The translations under genes and the position numbers were made by a program. 64,000 nucleotides of DNA from an uncultured Gammaproteobacteria bacterium (GTDB lineage: Bacteria; Pseudomonadota; Gammaproteobacteria; Xanthomonadales; SZUA-36), in NCBI GenBank assembly GCA_963766195.1, contig CAVXYY010000018.1:81753-145752 (forward strand). The letters run 5' to 3'. The notes under the pieces are model-generated. The model was not told the DNA's origin and searched no databases. It saw only the letters and a program-made list of their open reading frames with translations. Below, piece by piece: positions 10,561 to 19,080 of the stretch. The number at the start of each line of letters is the position of its first letter. Positions within the stretch are counted from its first letter, which is position 1.

Positions 10561-11787
10561 TTGAACCAGACAATCCCTACCGTTTCGCAAGCCCGCCTGG
10601 AACACCTGGTGCTGGAGGCGCAACGACGCGCACCGCTGGATGTGGCGCAGATATTGCTCGAGGAAAGTGATGAAACCGTGGGCGCGGTGTTGCAGCATTT
10701 ACACCCCGCGCCTGCTTACCGCATTCTTTTACGCTTCCCCAAGGACCGGCGTCACGCGATTGTTCCACTGGCCGGCGATCACGTGGGTGATCCGTGGAAA
10801 GAAGCCCAAAAGTTTGATGAAGATCACGTCGGGCGACTGATGGAACCCGTTGTCGCGTTGGTCGGACCGGATGAAACGGTCAGAATGGCGGTGGACAAAC
10901 TGCGTGAGTGGGTGCACGAAGCGTTGATTACCTATGCCTACGTGGTCGACGATGAGGATCACCTGCTCGGTGTCCTGGTGATGCGCGACCTGTTGCTGGC
11001 TGACCCGGACGACCTGCTGAAAAATGTCATGCTCACGGAGCCTTTTTCCCTGCGGCCGGACATGACGGTCGAGGATGCGATGAAGGAAGTGGTATACCGC
11101 CATTACCCGGTATACCCGGTTTGCGATGGGGACGGCCGCCTGGTCGGCATCGTCCAGGGCTACATGCTGTTCGAGCAGCAACACTTCGAAATCAGTGCGC
11201 AGGCCGGCCAGATGGTGGGTGTGGATAAAGAGGAGCATGCCACGACCGATTGGCATCGTTCATTCCGGATGCGCCATCCCTGGCTCGAGCTCAACCTCGT
11301 CACCGCCTTTGTCGCTGCATTCGTGGTCAGCCTGTTTGAAGACACCATTGCCCAGGTCGTGGTGTTGGCGGCATTCCTTCCGGTGCTGGCCGGCCAGTCG
11401 GGCAACACCGGCTGCCAGTCGCTGGCGGTCACCATTCGCGGAATGACGCTCAATGAGTTCAAGCCCGGCGTGTTTCACAAGGCGCTGATCAAGGAAACCC
11501 TGCTGGGTACTTTGAACGGAGCAGTCGTCGGCCTGGTGGCGGCCGCAGCCATGGTGGCCTATGCGATCTTCTCCGGCGCGGATCAGCCACTCATGCTGGG
11601 TCTCGTCGTCTTTCTCGCGATGACCGGCGCATGCGTAGCCAGCGGAATGACCGGGGTGCTGGTACCCATAACGCTGCAGAGGCTGGGCGCAGATCCTGCG
11701 ACTGCCTCCAGCATTTTCCTGACAACCGCTACCGACGTCGTGAGCATGGGGTTGTTCCTGTGGCTGGCCAATATACTGGTGCTTTGA
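10561..11787 (+). CDS. mgtE: Magnesium transporter MgtE
   Basis: A CBS pair (VDDEDHLLGVLVMRDLL; VCDGDGRLVGIV) is followed by the MgtE membrane domain (FLPVLAGQSGNTGCQSLAVTIRGM). The start is TTG in the tracked ORF, so the exact start is uncertain. Confidence 0.88.
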   Translation: MNQTIPTVSQARLEHLVLEAQRRAPLDVAQILLEESDETVGAVLQHLHPAPAYRILLRFPKDRRHAIVPLAGDHVGDPWKEAQKFDEDHVGRLMEPVVALVGPDETVRMAVDKLREWVHEALITYAYVVDDEDHLLGVLVMRDLLLADPDDLLKNVMLTEPFSLRPDMTVEDAMKEVVYRHYPVYPVCDGDGRLVGIVQGYMLFEQQHFEISAQAGQMVGVDKEEHATTDWHRSFRMRHPWLELNLVTAFVAAFVVSLFEDTIAQVVVLAAFLPVLAGQSGNTGCQSLAVTIRGMTLNEFKPGVFHKALIKETLLGTLNGAVVGLVAAAAMVAYAIFSGADQPLMLGLVVFLAMTGACVASGMTGVLVPITLQRLGADPATASSIFLTTATDVVSMGLFLWLANILVL

Positions 11788-11848
11788 TGAACAGCCACCG
11801 CCCTGTCGTGCCTGGACTTCCGGTTTTCCTGTTAAAGGCAGCAAGCTG

Positions 11849-13585
11849 ATGAGAAAAACCGCGGCCTGGCTGGTGCGCCAGGCACTCGAGCAGATCGGAG
11901 TCCGCTATACCTTCGGTATCCCGGGCGTGCATAACATCGAGCTCTATGACGAGCTGAATGAATCTGAAAGTATCCAGCCGCTGCTGGTGACGCACGAAGC
12001 CGGCGCGGCGTTCATGGCTGACGCCGTCAGCCGGGTTTCGAACCAGGTTGGCGTCCTGGTCGTTGTACCGGCGGCCGGCCTGACCCACGCGATGAGCGGG
12101 ATTGGTGAGGCGTTCCTTGACGGGATTCCGATGTTGGTCATTTCCGGGGGCGTCAGGAACGACCTGGAGCAAGGCTTCCAGTTACACGAACTCGACCAGC
12201 AGGCGCTGATGCGTCCCCTGACGAAGGCTACCTACCGGATAGAGAGCTACGACGAAGTCGTGGCAACGGTTTTCCGTGCTTACCTCAAGGCCATCGAGGG
12301 TGAACCGGGACCGGTATACATCGAATTGCCGGCCAATCTGCAATTGTTGAGCGGCGAGGTCGGTGACGTCCCTGCTTTCGAAAACCAAACCGGGCGACCC
12401 GCACTGGATGAGGAGGCCATCAAGGCGGCGGCCACGCTGCTGTCTTCGGCTCAGCGACCGGGAATATTCGTCGGTTGGGGCGCCCGCGAAGTGGCCGGGG
12501 AGATCCGCGTGATCGCTGAGCACCTGGGTGCTCCGGTGGCCACCACGCTGCAGGGATTGGCGGCGTTTCCAGCGGATCACCCGCTGCACACGGGCATGGG
12601 CTTTGGCCCCGCTTCCGTTCCTGCATCCGAGAATGCATTCAAGGATTGTGACGCCATGCTGGCGGTGGGAACACGTTTTGCGGAAATTTGTACCGGCAGT
12701 TTCGGTGCGATTCCGCCCAAAAACCTGGTCCATATCGACATCAATCCAGGTGCACTGGGACGAAACCACCCCACGGCAGTGCCGATTCACGCTGATTCCA
12801 GGGACGCCGTGCCCGCGCTCGCCCGCGCCTTGCTGGCATCAGGTCCGGCTCGCGACGGCGGAGCGATGAAGAACGCCATTGCCGCGGACAAGGCTGCATG
12901 GATGGACGGGTGGCTGGGGCATGACTCAGGAGATCGCGTCAATCCAGGCCTGTTTTTCAGCGCACTGCGCGCCCGGCTGGATCGGGACGCGATCATCGTG
13001 GCCGATGACGGCAATCACACGTTCCTGACAGCGGAATTGATGCCGATATACGAGGGCGGGAACTACCTTTCGCCCACGGATTTCAACTGCATGGGTTATT
13101 GCGTGCCCGGCAGTATCGGGGCAAAGCTGGTGCAGCCGGACCGGCAGGTCATCGGAATCGTTGGCGATGGCGCATTCCTGATGACCGGGTTGGAAACCAT
13201 TACCGCCGTCCGGAACAGTCTGGGCGTGGCCTGGTTCGTGTTCAACGATGGCGAGTTGTCGCAGATTGCCCAGGCCCAGGAGTTGCCGTACCAGCGCAAA
13301 ACCTGCACCGGGGTCGGCGCGTTGGACTACCGCATGTTCGCTGCTGCAACCGGGTGCGAGTTCGTGGCGATCGAAAACAACCAGGTGGTCGATGCCGGAA
13401 TCGAACGGGTGGTCGGCTTGATGGCGGAAAACCGTCCGGTAATCGTGGATGTGCGCATCGATTACTCCAGGCAAACCCGGTTCACGATCGGCGCGGTGAA
13501 AACCAACCTGAAGCGGTTCGACACGCGTAACAAGCTGAGGATCATCAGCCGGGCGCTGTGGCGCAAGCTGAAATACCGAAAATAA
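11849..13585 (+). CDS. Thiamine-diphosphate-dependent enzyme (acetolactate-synthase-like family), substrate unknown
   Basis: N-terminal IGVRYTFGIPGVHNIELYDEL, a central domain, and the ThDP motif GDGAFLM...NDGELS. Length 578 aa with an unusual basic C-terminal tail. Confidence 0.8.
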   Translation: MRKTAAWLVRQALEQIGVRYTFGIPGVHNIELYDELNESESIQPLLVTHEAGAAFMADAVSRVSNQVGVLVVVPAAGLTHAMSGIGEAFLDGIPMLVISGGVRNDLEQGFQLHELDQQALMRPLTKATYRIESYDEVVATVFRAYLKAIEGEPGPVYIELPANLQLLSGEVGDVPAFENQTGRPALDEEAIKAAATLLSSAQRPGIFVGWGAREVAGEIRVIAEHLGAPVATTLQGLAAFPADHPLHTGMGFGPASVPASENAFKDCDAMLAVGTRFAEICTGSFGAIPPKNLVHIDINPGALGRNHPTAVPIHADSRDAVPALARALLASGPARDGGAMKNAIAADKAAWMDGWLGHDSGDRVNPGLFFSALRARLDRDAIIVADDGNHTFLTAELMPIYEGGNYLSPTDFNCMGYCVPGSIGAKLVQPDRQVIGIVGDGAFLMTGLETITAVRNSLGVAWFVFNDGELSQIAQAQELPYQRKTCTGVGALDYRMFAAATGCEFVAIENNQVVDAGIERVVGLMAENRPVIVDVRIDYSRQTRFTIGAVKTNLKRFDTRNKLRIISRALWRKLKYRK

Positions 13586-13606
13586 AAAGGGGTCTGTCCC
13601 CTTTTT
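13584..13606. terminator. Bidirectional rho-independent terminator between convergent genes
   Basis: AAAAAGGGG-tctgt-CCCCTTTTT is a perfect 9-bp stem flanked by A and T runs. It sits between the stop at 13585 (+) and the stop at 13614 (-). Confidence 0.7.
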
Positions 13607-13613
13607 ATTCTTT

Positions 13614-14105
13614 TTATTGACCAAAACCCAGCTGAAACACGAAAATCCCGATCATCAGGAAGGCAATCGCCAATTTGGCCGCGGTCGCCAGGACCATGCC
13701 GATCCAGGCGCCGACACCGGCGCGGCCTGACTGAACCATGGTGCTGCCGCCGCTGAGTTCACCCAGCACGGCGCCGGCAAAGGGGCCCAGGAGCATTCCG
13801 GCGATACCAAAAAAGATCCCCACCACGGCCCCGATCGTGGCGCCCCAAAACGCGCGGGAACTGGCTCCCAGGTAGCGCGCCCCGGCAGCGGCGGCGAGGA
13901 AGTCAATGACCCAGGCAATGATGGCCAGCGTGGCGAGAATGCCGATCGTTGTCCAGCCGACAACCTCGAAATGACCGGCCCATGCGCCGATCAACAATCC
14001 CAGGAAAACCATCGGAACACCGGGAAGCGCGGGAACGACGGTTCCGGCCAGTCCCGCAATAACGATTATGCAGGCCAGGACCCACCATAGAATTGTCCAG
14101 TCCAT
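13614..14105 (-). CDS. DUF456-type small membrane protein
   Basis: Four to five glycine-rich TM helices (MDWTILWWVLACIIVIAGLAGTVVPALPGVPMV...). The start is taken at the Met preceded by AGGAA. The tracked ORF begins 6 codons upstream at 14123. Confidence 0.7.
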   Translation of the reverse strand: MDWTILWWVLACIIVIAGLAGTVVPALPGVPMVFLGLLIGAWAGHFEVVGWTTIGILATLAIIAWVIDFLAAAAGARYLGASSRAFWGATIGAVVGIFFGIAGMLLGPFAGAVLGELSGGSTMVQSGRAGVGAWIGMVLATAAKLAIAFLMIGIFVFQLGFGQ

Positions 14106-14193
14106 TGAGGTTCCTTTAAACAATTGACCTGTGACCTACATGATAGAACAAAAAACGCGCTAAATTAGCAGGAACGATCAGAGGTTCCCCAGG

Positions 14194-15318
14194 ATGGCCC
14201 TGCCCCGCACCGACCAGATGCAACTCGACCTGTTCTATGAGCAGTTGCAACAGGATGCTTCCAGGGAAATCGGTTACCCGGTTGCATTCGACTTTGACTA
14301 CAGCGCCCTGGTGCCTTTCCTGTCGTTCAGTCTGAACAATGCGGGTGATCCCTTCATGCCGATGACCTACCTGCTCAATTCCCACGACTTTGAGCGGGAA
14401 GTCGTTTCTTTCTATGCGCAACTGGCCCGGGCGCCGGCTGACCAATGGTGGGGTTACGTCACCAACGGCAGCACGGAAGGGAATTTATACGGGCTCTACC
14501 TGGCCCGGGAATTGCTGCCCGACGGTATCGTCTACTTCTCCCAGGATAGCCATTACAGTGTCGGTAAAAACCTGCACTTCCTGGGCATGCGCCATATCAT
14601 GATCCGCTCACAGCCGAACGGCGAGATCGACTACGAAGACCTGCGTGAAACGTTGCGCATCAGGCGGGATGCGCCACCCATCATTTTTGCCAATATCGGC
14701 ACTACGATGAAGGAAGCCCGCGACGATATACACCGGATTCGCTCGATTCTCGACGATCTGGCCATAGAAAATCGCTATATCCATTGCGATGCCGCGCTTT
14801 GTGGTGGTTATGCGGCGTTTCTCGATCCGCCGCCGGCCTGGGACTTCAAAGACGGGGCGGACAGCATTGCCATTTCGGGGCATAAATTCCTGGGTTCGCC
14901 CATCCCCTGTGGCATCGTGCTGGCCCGGCGTGCGCATGTCGAAAGGATCGGACACTCCGTCGCCTATATCGGCAGTATAGATACGACCATCAGCGGATCC
15001 CGGAATGGCTTTACTCCGCTGGTGCTGTGGTACGCCATCCGTTCGCTCGGGCTGGAAGGAATGCGGATTCGCACCAGCAATTCACTTTCCAATGCAGCTT
15101 ATGCCGAGGACCGGTTCAAAAGTGCCGGGATCGAAGCCTGGCGCAACCCGCAGGCGCTGACGGTCGTGTTTCCGGAACCCCCGGGCAAGGTTCGTGAAAA
15201 GTGGCAACTGGCCAGTGCAAACGGCCTCAGTCACCTGATCTGCATGCCCCATGTGCGCCGGGAGCAAATCGACGAATTGCTCTTCGACATTCAACAGGCC
15301 GGAGGAGATAGCGCATGA
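14194..15318 (+). CDS. hdc: PLP-dependent histidine decarboxylase (Gram-negative group II type)
   Basis: Colinear with my recollection of the Morganella/Klebsiella-type HDC: GYPVAFDFDYSAL, LLNSHDFEREV, WGYVTNGSTEGNLYG, QPNGEIDYEDL, IIFANIGTT, SGHKFLGSPIPCGIV, ISGSRNGFTPL. Length 374 aa. Confidence 0.88.
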   Translation: MALPRTDQMQLDLFYEQLQQDASREIGYPVAFDFDYSALVPFLSFSLNNAGDPFMPMTYLLNSHDFEREVVSFYAQLARAPADQWWGYVTNGSTEGNLYGLYLARELLPDGIVYFSQDSHYSVGKNLHFLGMRHIMIRSQPNGEIDYEDLRETLRIRRDAPPIIFANIGTTMKEARDDIHRIRSILDDLAIENRYIHCDAALCGGYAAFLDPPPAWDFKDGADSIAISGHKFLGSPIPCGIVLARRAHVERIGHSVAYIGSIDTTISGSRNGFTPLVLWYAIRSLGLEGMRIRTSNSLSNAAYAEDRFKSAGIEAWRNPQALTVVFPEPPGKVREKWQLASANGLSHLICMPHVRREQIDELLFDIQQAGGDSA

Positions 15319-15704
15319 AAGTGCTGAATATCATCCAGGAAGACCATCCGGGGCTGCTGGCGGAAGTGACCACGTTGCTGGAAAGCGAAAACATCACTGT
15401 AACGGATTTTTCGGGGACTTCGGTTGGCAACACCGCGGTTATCAGCCTCAGCATCGACCGGGACAAGGACGCTTTCCGCCTGTTGAGCGACGCCGGTTAC
15501 CGCGTGGTTGCCAGTGAACACCTGCTGGTGCGCCTGCGAAAGCATCCTGGCGCCCTGGCCGAATTGTCACGGCGCCTGGCGGAACAGGGGATCAACGTGC
15601 GCGGCATGCACATTGTCAATCGGGATGAAGACACCGCTGTCGTAGCGCTGGAAACCGCCGATCATGAAAAAGCCCGGGAGGTTTTGCAGGATTTCCTGGT
15701 GTAG
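15315..15704 (+). CDS. Tandem ACT-domain protein, translationally coupled to hdc
   Basis: Two ~60-aa beta-alpha-beta-beta-alpha-beta-like halves, each beginning with a hydrophobic strand plus GxLA (DHPGLLAEVT; KHPGALAELS). The ATG overlaps the hdc stop (ATGA). Confidence 0.7.
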   Translation: MKVLNIIQEDHPGLLAEVTTLLESENITVTDFSGTSVGNTAVISLSIDRDKDAFRLLSDAGYRVVASEHLLVRLRKHPGALAELSRRLAEQGINVRGMHIVNRDEDTAVVALETADHEKAREVLQDFLV

Positions 15705-15719
15705 AAGCGGAACGAACGC

Positions 15720-15779
15720 GGAGCGGCCCATGGCCGCGATTCTTCAGAGAAACCAGCATTCGCGGCCATGGGCCGCTCC
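15720..15779. repeat. Inverted pair of REP-like elements (GGAGCGGCCCATGGCCGCGAT)
   Basis: GGAGCGGCCCATGGCCGCGAT at 15720-15740 has its reverse complement at 15759-15779. The pair lies between the convergent ACT gene and ppk2. The same unit recurs at 17535 and 37533, with a variant at 43716. Confidence 0.75.
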
Positions 15780-15789
15780 AACAATGCGG

Positions 15790-16776
15790 TTACCCGTCCG
15801 GCCAGGCATCCAGATGCACATCCTTTCTGATGACCTGGGACGGGGAACCGACGATCAGTGGATCCGGCCCGGTTACGACATCAAGGTTTTTGTCCGGGTA
15901 GTCGAGGCGGCTCAGGAAATGCTGCATGCAGTTGAGCCGGGCCCGTTTCTTGTCATCCGACTTGATGATGGTCCAGGGGCAAGATGCTGTGTCGGTATAG
16001 AAGAACATGGCCTCCTTGGCCCGCGTGTACTCATGCCAAAGCCCGACGGAGGCCTTGTCCACCGGACTCAGTTTCCACTGTTTGAGCGGATCTTCCATGC
16101 GCGTGGCGAAGCGGTCGCGCTGCTCTTTGCGGGTCACCGAGAAGTAGTATTTGAACAAGCGGATACCGGAATTGACGAGCATGCGTTCAAATTCGGGGCA
16201 TTGCCGCATGAATTCGAGGTATTCGGTGGAGTCGCAAAACCCCATGACCCGCTCTACGCCCGCCCGGTTGTACCAGGACCGGTCGAGAAACAGGATCTCT
16301 CCCCGGGTCGGCAGATGAACCACGTAACGCTGGAAATACCATTGGCCTTTTTCGTGCTCCGTCGGCTTTTCGAGGGCGACAACCTTTGCCGCGCGCGGGT
16401 TAAGGTGCTCCATGAATCGCTTGATGGTCCCGCCTTTGCCGGCCGCGTCCCGGCCTTCGAAAATAATGACTACTTTCTGACCGGTCATTTTTACCCAGTT
16501 CTGCACCTTCAGGAGCTCAATCTGCAGTTGGGCTTTTTCCGTTTCGTACTTGTCGCGCGGAATCCGGTCGGTGTAGGGGTACTTGCCTTCTTTGAACAGC
16601 GCGCTGATAGCCCGCGGATCCTGGCGCAGCTGGGAAATCGTATCGGAATGATAGGTGCCGCCCATTGCATGGACCTGTTCGTGTTTTTCCGCGGCTGAGC
16701 CGGGGCTTGCCTTTTCTTCCGGCGAGCCAGAAGCGGCCGGTTTTTTCGAATCGACGATTTTCAGATCTGAACTCAT
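15790..16776 (-). CDS. ppk2: Polyphosphate kinase 2
   Basis: FEGRDAAGKGGTIKRFMEHLNPR (Walker A), QWYFQRYVVHLP and DRSWYNRAGVERVMGF are classic PPK2 motifs. Confidence 0.9.
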   Translation of the reverse strand: MSSDLKIVDSKKPAASGSPEEKASPGSAAEKHEQVHAMGGTYHSDTISQLRQDPRAISALFKEGKYPYTDRIPRDKYETEKAQLQIELLKVQNWVKMTGQKVVIIFEGRDAAGKGGTIKRFMEHLNPRAAKVVALEKPTEHEKGQWYFQRYVVHLPTRGEILFLDRSWYNRAGVERVMGFCDSTEYLEFMRQCPEFERMLVNSGIRLFKYYFSVTRKEQRDRFATRMEDPLKQWKLSPVDKASVGLWHEYTRAKEAMFFYTDTASCPWTIIKSDDKKRARLNCMQHFLSRLDYPDKNLDVVTGPDPLIVGSPSQVIRKDVHLDAWPDG

Positions 16777-17002
16777 CCAGGGAACCTCTGATCAATGATG
16801 TGCGGAGCGCTTTTCCACCGAAAAGACCGCAAAACAGCTATTGCGGGCCGAGCGCGGGCAACACGATAATCAAATGAAAACACACCCGTTAACGCTGATC
16901 AACACCAGCGCCATTCAGGGTGTGCTCTGTTTTCTGGCTTAATCGCATGGCCCGAACCAGGCTGTGCGCCCGATTCGGGTCAGAAACCGGCCTGCTACTT
17001 TG

Positions 17003-17464
17003 TCAGAACAGGGCCTTGATTTTCTGCAGCAGCTGCACCGCCTGCTTGCGGTCGGACGGGTTCAAACCATCGAACTTTTGTTTCAAAAATTCGATGTGCC
17101 GGGGGAATTGTTGCTGATAAACCCGTTTTCCCCGACGGGTAAGCACAACGATGGTTTTACGGCCGTCACCTTCAACCGTCCAGCGCTCAACCAGGCCCTT
17201 TTCTTCCAGCCGGTCGACTACACCCGTCAGGGTTCCTTTCGTGATCAGCGTGATGTCACCGATATCCTTGCAGGTCATGCCCTCCGACTCGCCCAGCGTG
17301 AATATCACGCGCGCCTGCGAAGGTGTCAGGCCTGATCCGGATACGCGCAAGCCTTCCGCATCGTACAAGGAAAAAGCCTGGTAAGCCCCGGCCAGTTCTT
17401 CGATCAGGGGGATAAAAGTCTGTGCCGAAGCACTCTGTGGGGTCAGTTTAGCCATTTGATGCAT
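17003..17464 (-). CDS. MarR-family transcriptional regulator
   Basis: 153 aa with a winged-helix core (LTPSQARVIFTLGESEGMTCKDIGDITLITKGTLTGVVDRLEEKGLVER...DGRKTIVVLT). Confidence 0.85.
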   Translation of the reverse strand: MHQMAKLTPQSASAQTFIPLIEELAGAYQAFSLYDAEGLRVSGSGLTPSQARVIFTLGESEGMTCKDIGDITLITKGTLTGVVDRLEEKGLVERWTVEGDGRKTIVVLTRRGKRVYQQQFPRHIEFLKQKFDGLNPSDRKQAVQLLQKIKALF

Positions 17465-17534
17465 CCTTTTGAATCAATACGTTCGCGTCAGTACATTATT
17501 ATAGTACTGACTGAAACATATATCAATGACTGTT

Positions 17535-17620
17535 GGAGCGGCCCATGGCCGCGATTGGTTTTGTAAGAGCGGATGGAAAGGAGCAGGCCGAGCCGGCGAT
17601 TTCGCGACCATGGGTCGCTT
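17535..17620. repeat. REP-like element plus a diverged inverted partner
   Basis: GGAGCGGCCCATGGCCGCGAT lies at 17535-17555. A diverged inverted copy (TCGCGACCATGGGTCGC) lies at about 17601-17617, and its two substitutions are complementary, so the palindrome is kept. Confidence 0.65.
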
Positions 17621-17634
17621 TTGCGTTTTAAAAA

Positions 17635-19068
17635 TCAGGCGCGCTTGAGCTGTGGCTGTGCCAGCTCCAGGTACTGGATGATCGAGAGGGCGGTTTCCCG
17701 GGCGTCTGCAATCGCGGTGACGACCAGGTCTGAGCCCCTGACCATGTCGCCGGCGGCAAAAATAGCCGGGTTGCTGGTCTGCCCCCGGAGCCGGGCCGTC
17801 ATGCTGACCAGGCCGCTGTCGTCGGTATCCACGCCAATGGACTGCAGCCACCGCGGCGGGCTTGGGCGGTAGCCGAACGCAAAAATCAGCGCTGTTGCCG
17901 GAATCACCTGTTCACTGCCGCTGATGACTTCAGGCCGGGCGCGGCCTCCCCCGGACGAAATCAGACGGGTCCTGGTGATTTCCAGTCCGGTCAGTTTGCG
18001 GTCTTCATGGATCAGCCGCTCCGGCTGCGAATTGAATTCAAACCGGACCCCTTCCTTCATGGCATGCTGGACTTCGCGCTGCGATCCCGGCATGTTTTTC
18101 TGGTCACGGCGGTATACACAATGCACCGAGGCGGCACCCTGGCGAATTGCCGTGCGAACGCAATCCATGGCTGTATCCCCTCCTCCCAGCACCAGTACCT
18201 GCTCGCCGGCCAGGTTGATGTGTTTGTATCCGGGTATTTCCATTCCATAAAGGTGCGCCGTTTGGCCGATCAGGTACTCCATGGCAGGGATGATTCCGCC
18301 CAGCTCCATACCTGGCAGGCTCGCCTCAACCGGCGTGTAGGTGCCGAGGCCGAAAAACAGCGCGTCATGCATTTTTTCGAGCTCATGCGCCTGGATGTCC
18401 CGGCCGATTTCACAATTCAGCTTGAAATGGACGCCGGCGCCTTCCAACACTTCCCGCCGCCGCCGCATCACCTGTAATTCGAGTTTGAAATCGGGGATTC
18501 CAAAACTGAGCAAGCCACCGATTTCAGGATAGCGGTCGTATACCGTCACGCTGATGCCATTACGGGTCAGGATATCGGCGCAGGCCAGGCCAGCCGGGCC
18601 GGCGCCAACAATACCGACGCTCCACGGTTTGGTCTGGACGCTGGAAAGGTCCGGCCGCCAGCCCTGTTTCAGCGCTTCGTCCACGATATAGCGCTCGATC
18701 GCACCAATCGTTACCGCGCCGAATCCTGTCTCCAGCGTGCAGGCCTGCTCACAGAGGCGATCCTGCGGGCAAATCCGGCCACAAACCTCGGGCAGACTGT
18801 TGGTTTCATGGCACAGGTCCGCAGCTTCCATGATGCGCCCTTCGCGGGCCAGTTTGAGCCAGTTCGGAATGTAGTTGTGCACCGGGCACTTCCACTCGCA
18901 ATAGGGGTTCCCGCAATCCAGGCACCGTTCAGCCTGGTTCGCGGCTTCATCCGCATCGAGGGGTTTGTAGATTTCCCGGAATTCCGTTTGGCGGACGCTC
19001 AGGGGGTAGACATCCGGATCCGCACGCGGACGCTCGAGGAAAGCAAAGTTGTCGGTTTTTCGCTTCAT
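17635..19068 (-). CDS. gltD: Glutamate synthase (NADPH) small subunit
   Basis: Fe-S cysteine motifs (CLDCGNPYCEWKCP; CGRICPQDRLCEQAC) and two dinucleotide folds (GIVGAGPAGLA; VLGGGDTAMDC). Length 477 aa. Confidence 0.93.
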   Translation of the reverse strand: MKRKTDNFAFLERPRADPDVYPLSVRQTEFREIYKPLDADEAANQAERCLDCGNPYCEWKCPVHNYIPNWLKLAREGRIMEAADLCHETNSLPEVCGRICPQDRLCEQACTLETGFGAVTIGAIERYIVDEALKQGWRPDLSSVQTKPWSVGIVGAGPAGLACADILTRNGISVTVYDRYPEIGGLLSFGIPDFKLELQVMRRRREVLEGAGVHFKLNCEIGRDIQAHELEKMHDALFFGLGTYTPVEASLPGMELGGIIPAMEYLIGQTAHLYGMEIPGYKHINLAGEQVLVLGGGDTAMDCVRTAIRQGAASVHCVYRRDQKNMPGSQREVQHAMKEGVRFEFNSQPERLIHEDRKLTGLEITRTRLISSGGGRARPEVISGSEQVIPATALIFAFGYRPSPPRWLQSIGVDTDDSGLVSMTARLRGQTSNPAIFAAGDMVRGSDLVVTAIADARETALSIIQYLELAQPQLKRA

Positions 19069-19080
19069 TCCGGGCTCTTC

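Noticed and set aside
14124-14140. Tandem GACCT-gt-GACCT next to a TTGACC hexamer upstream of hdc as an operator
   Set aside because: It is very short, has no matching -10 at proper spacing, and has no second copy in the window. It could easily be chance.
15720-15779. Repeated 21-bp palindromic units considered as a CRISPR array
   Set aside because: The copies are scattered across the window (15.7, 17.5, 37.5 and 43.7 kb) and occur singly or as inverted pairs. There are no regularly spaced direct repeats or spacers and no cas genes. This is REP-type behaviour.
15664-16698. 344-aa ORF on the plus strand
   Set aside because: It lies entirely antisense to the well-supported ppk2 gene. Its N-terminus is translated from the REP elements (…ERPMAAI…SRPWAAP…). 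It has no motifs, and long open antisense frames are expected in GC-rich DNA.
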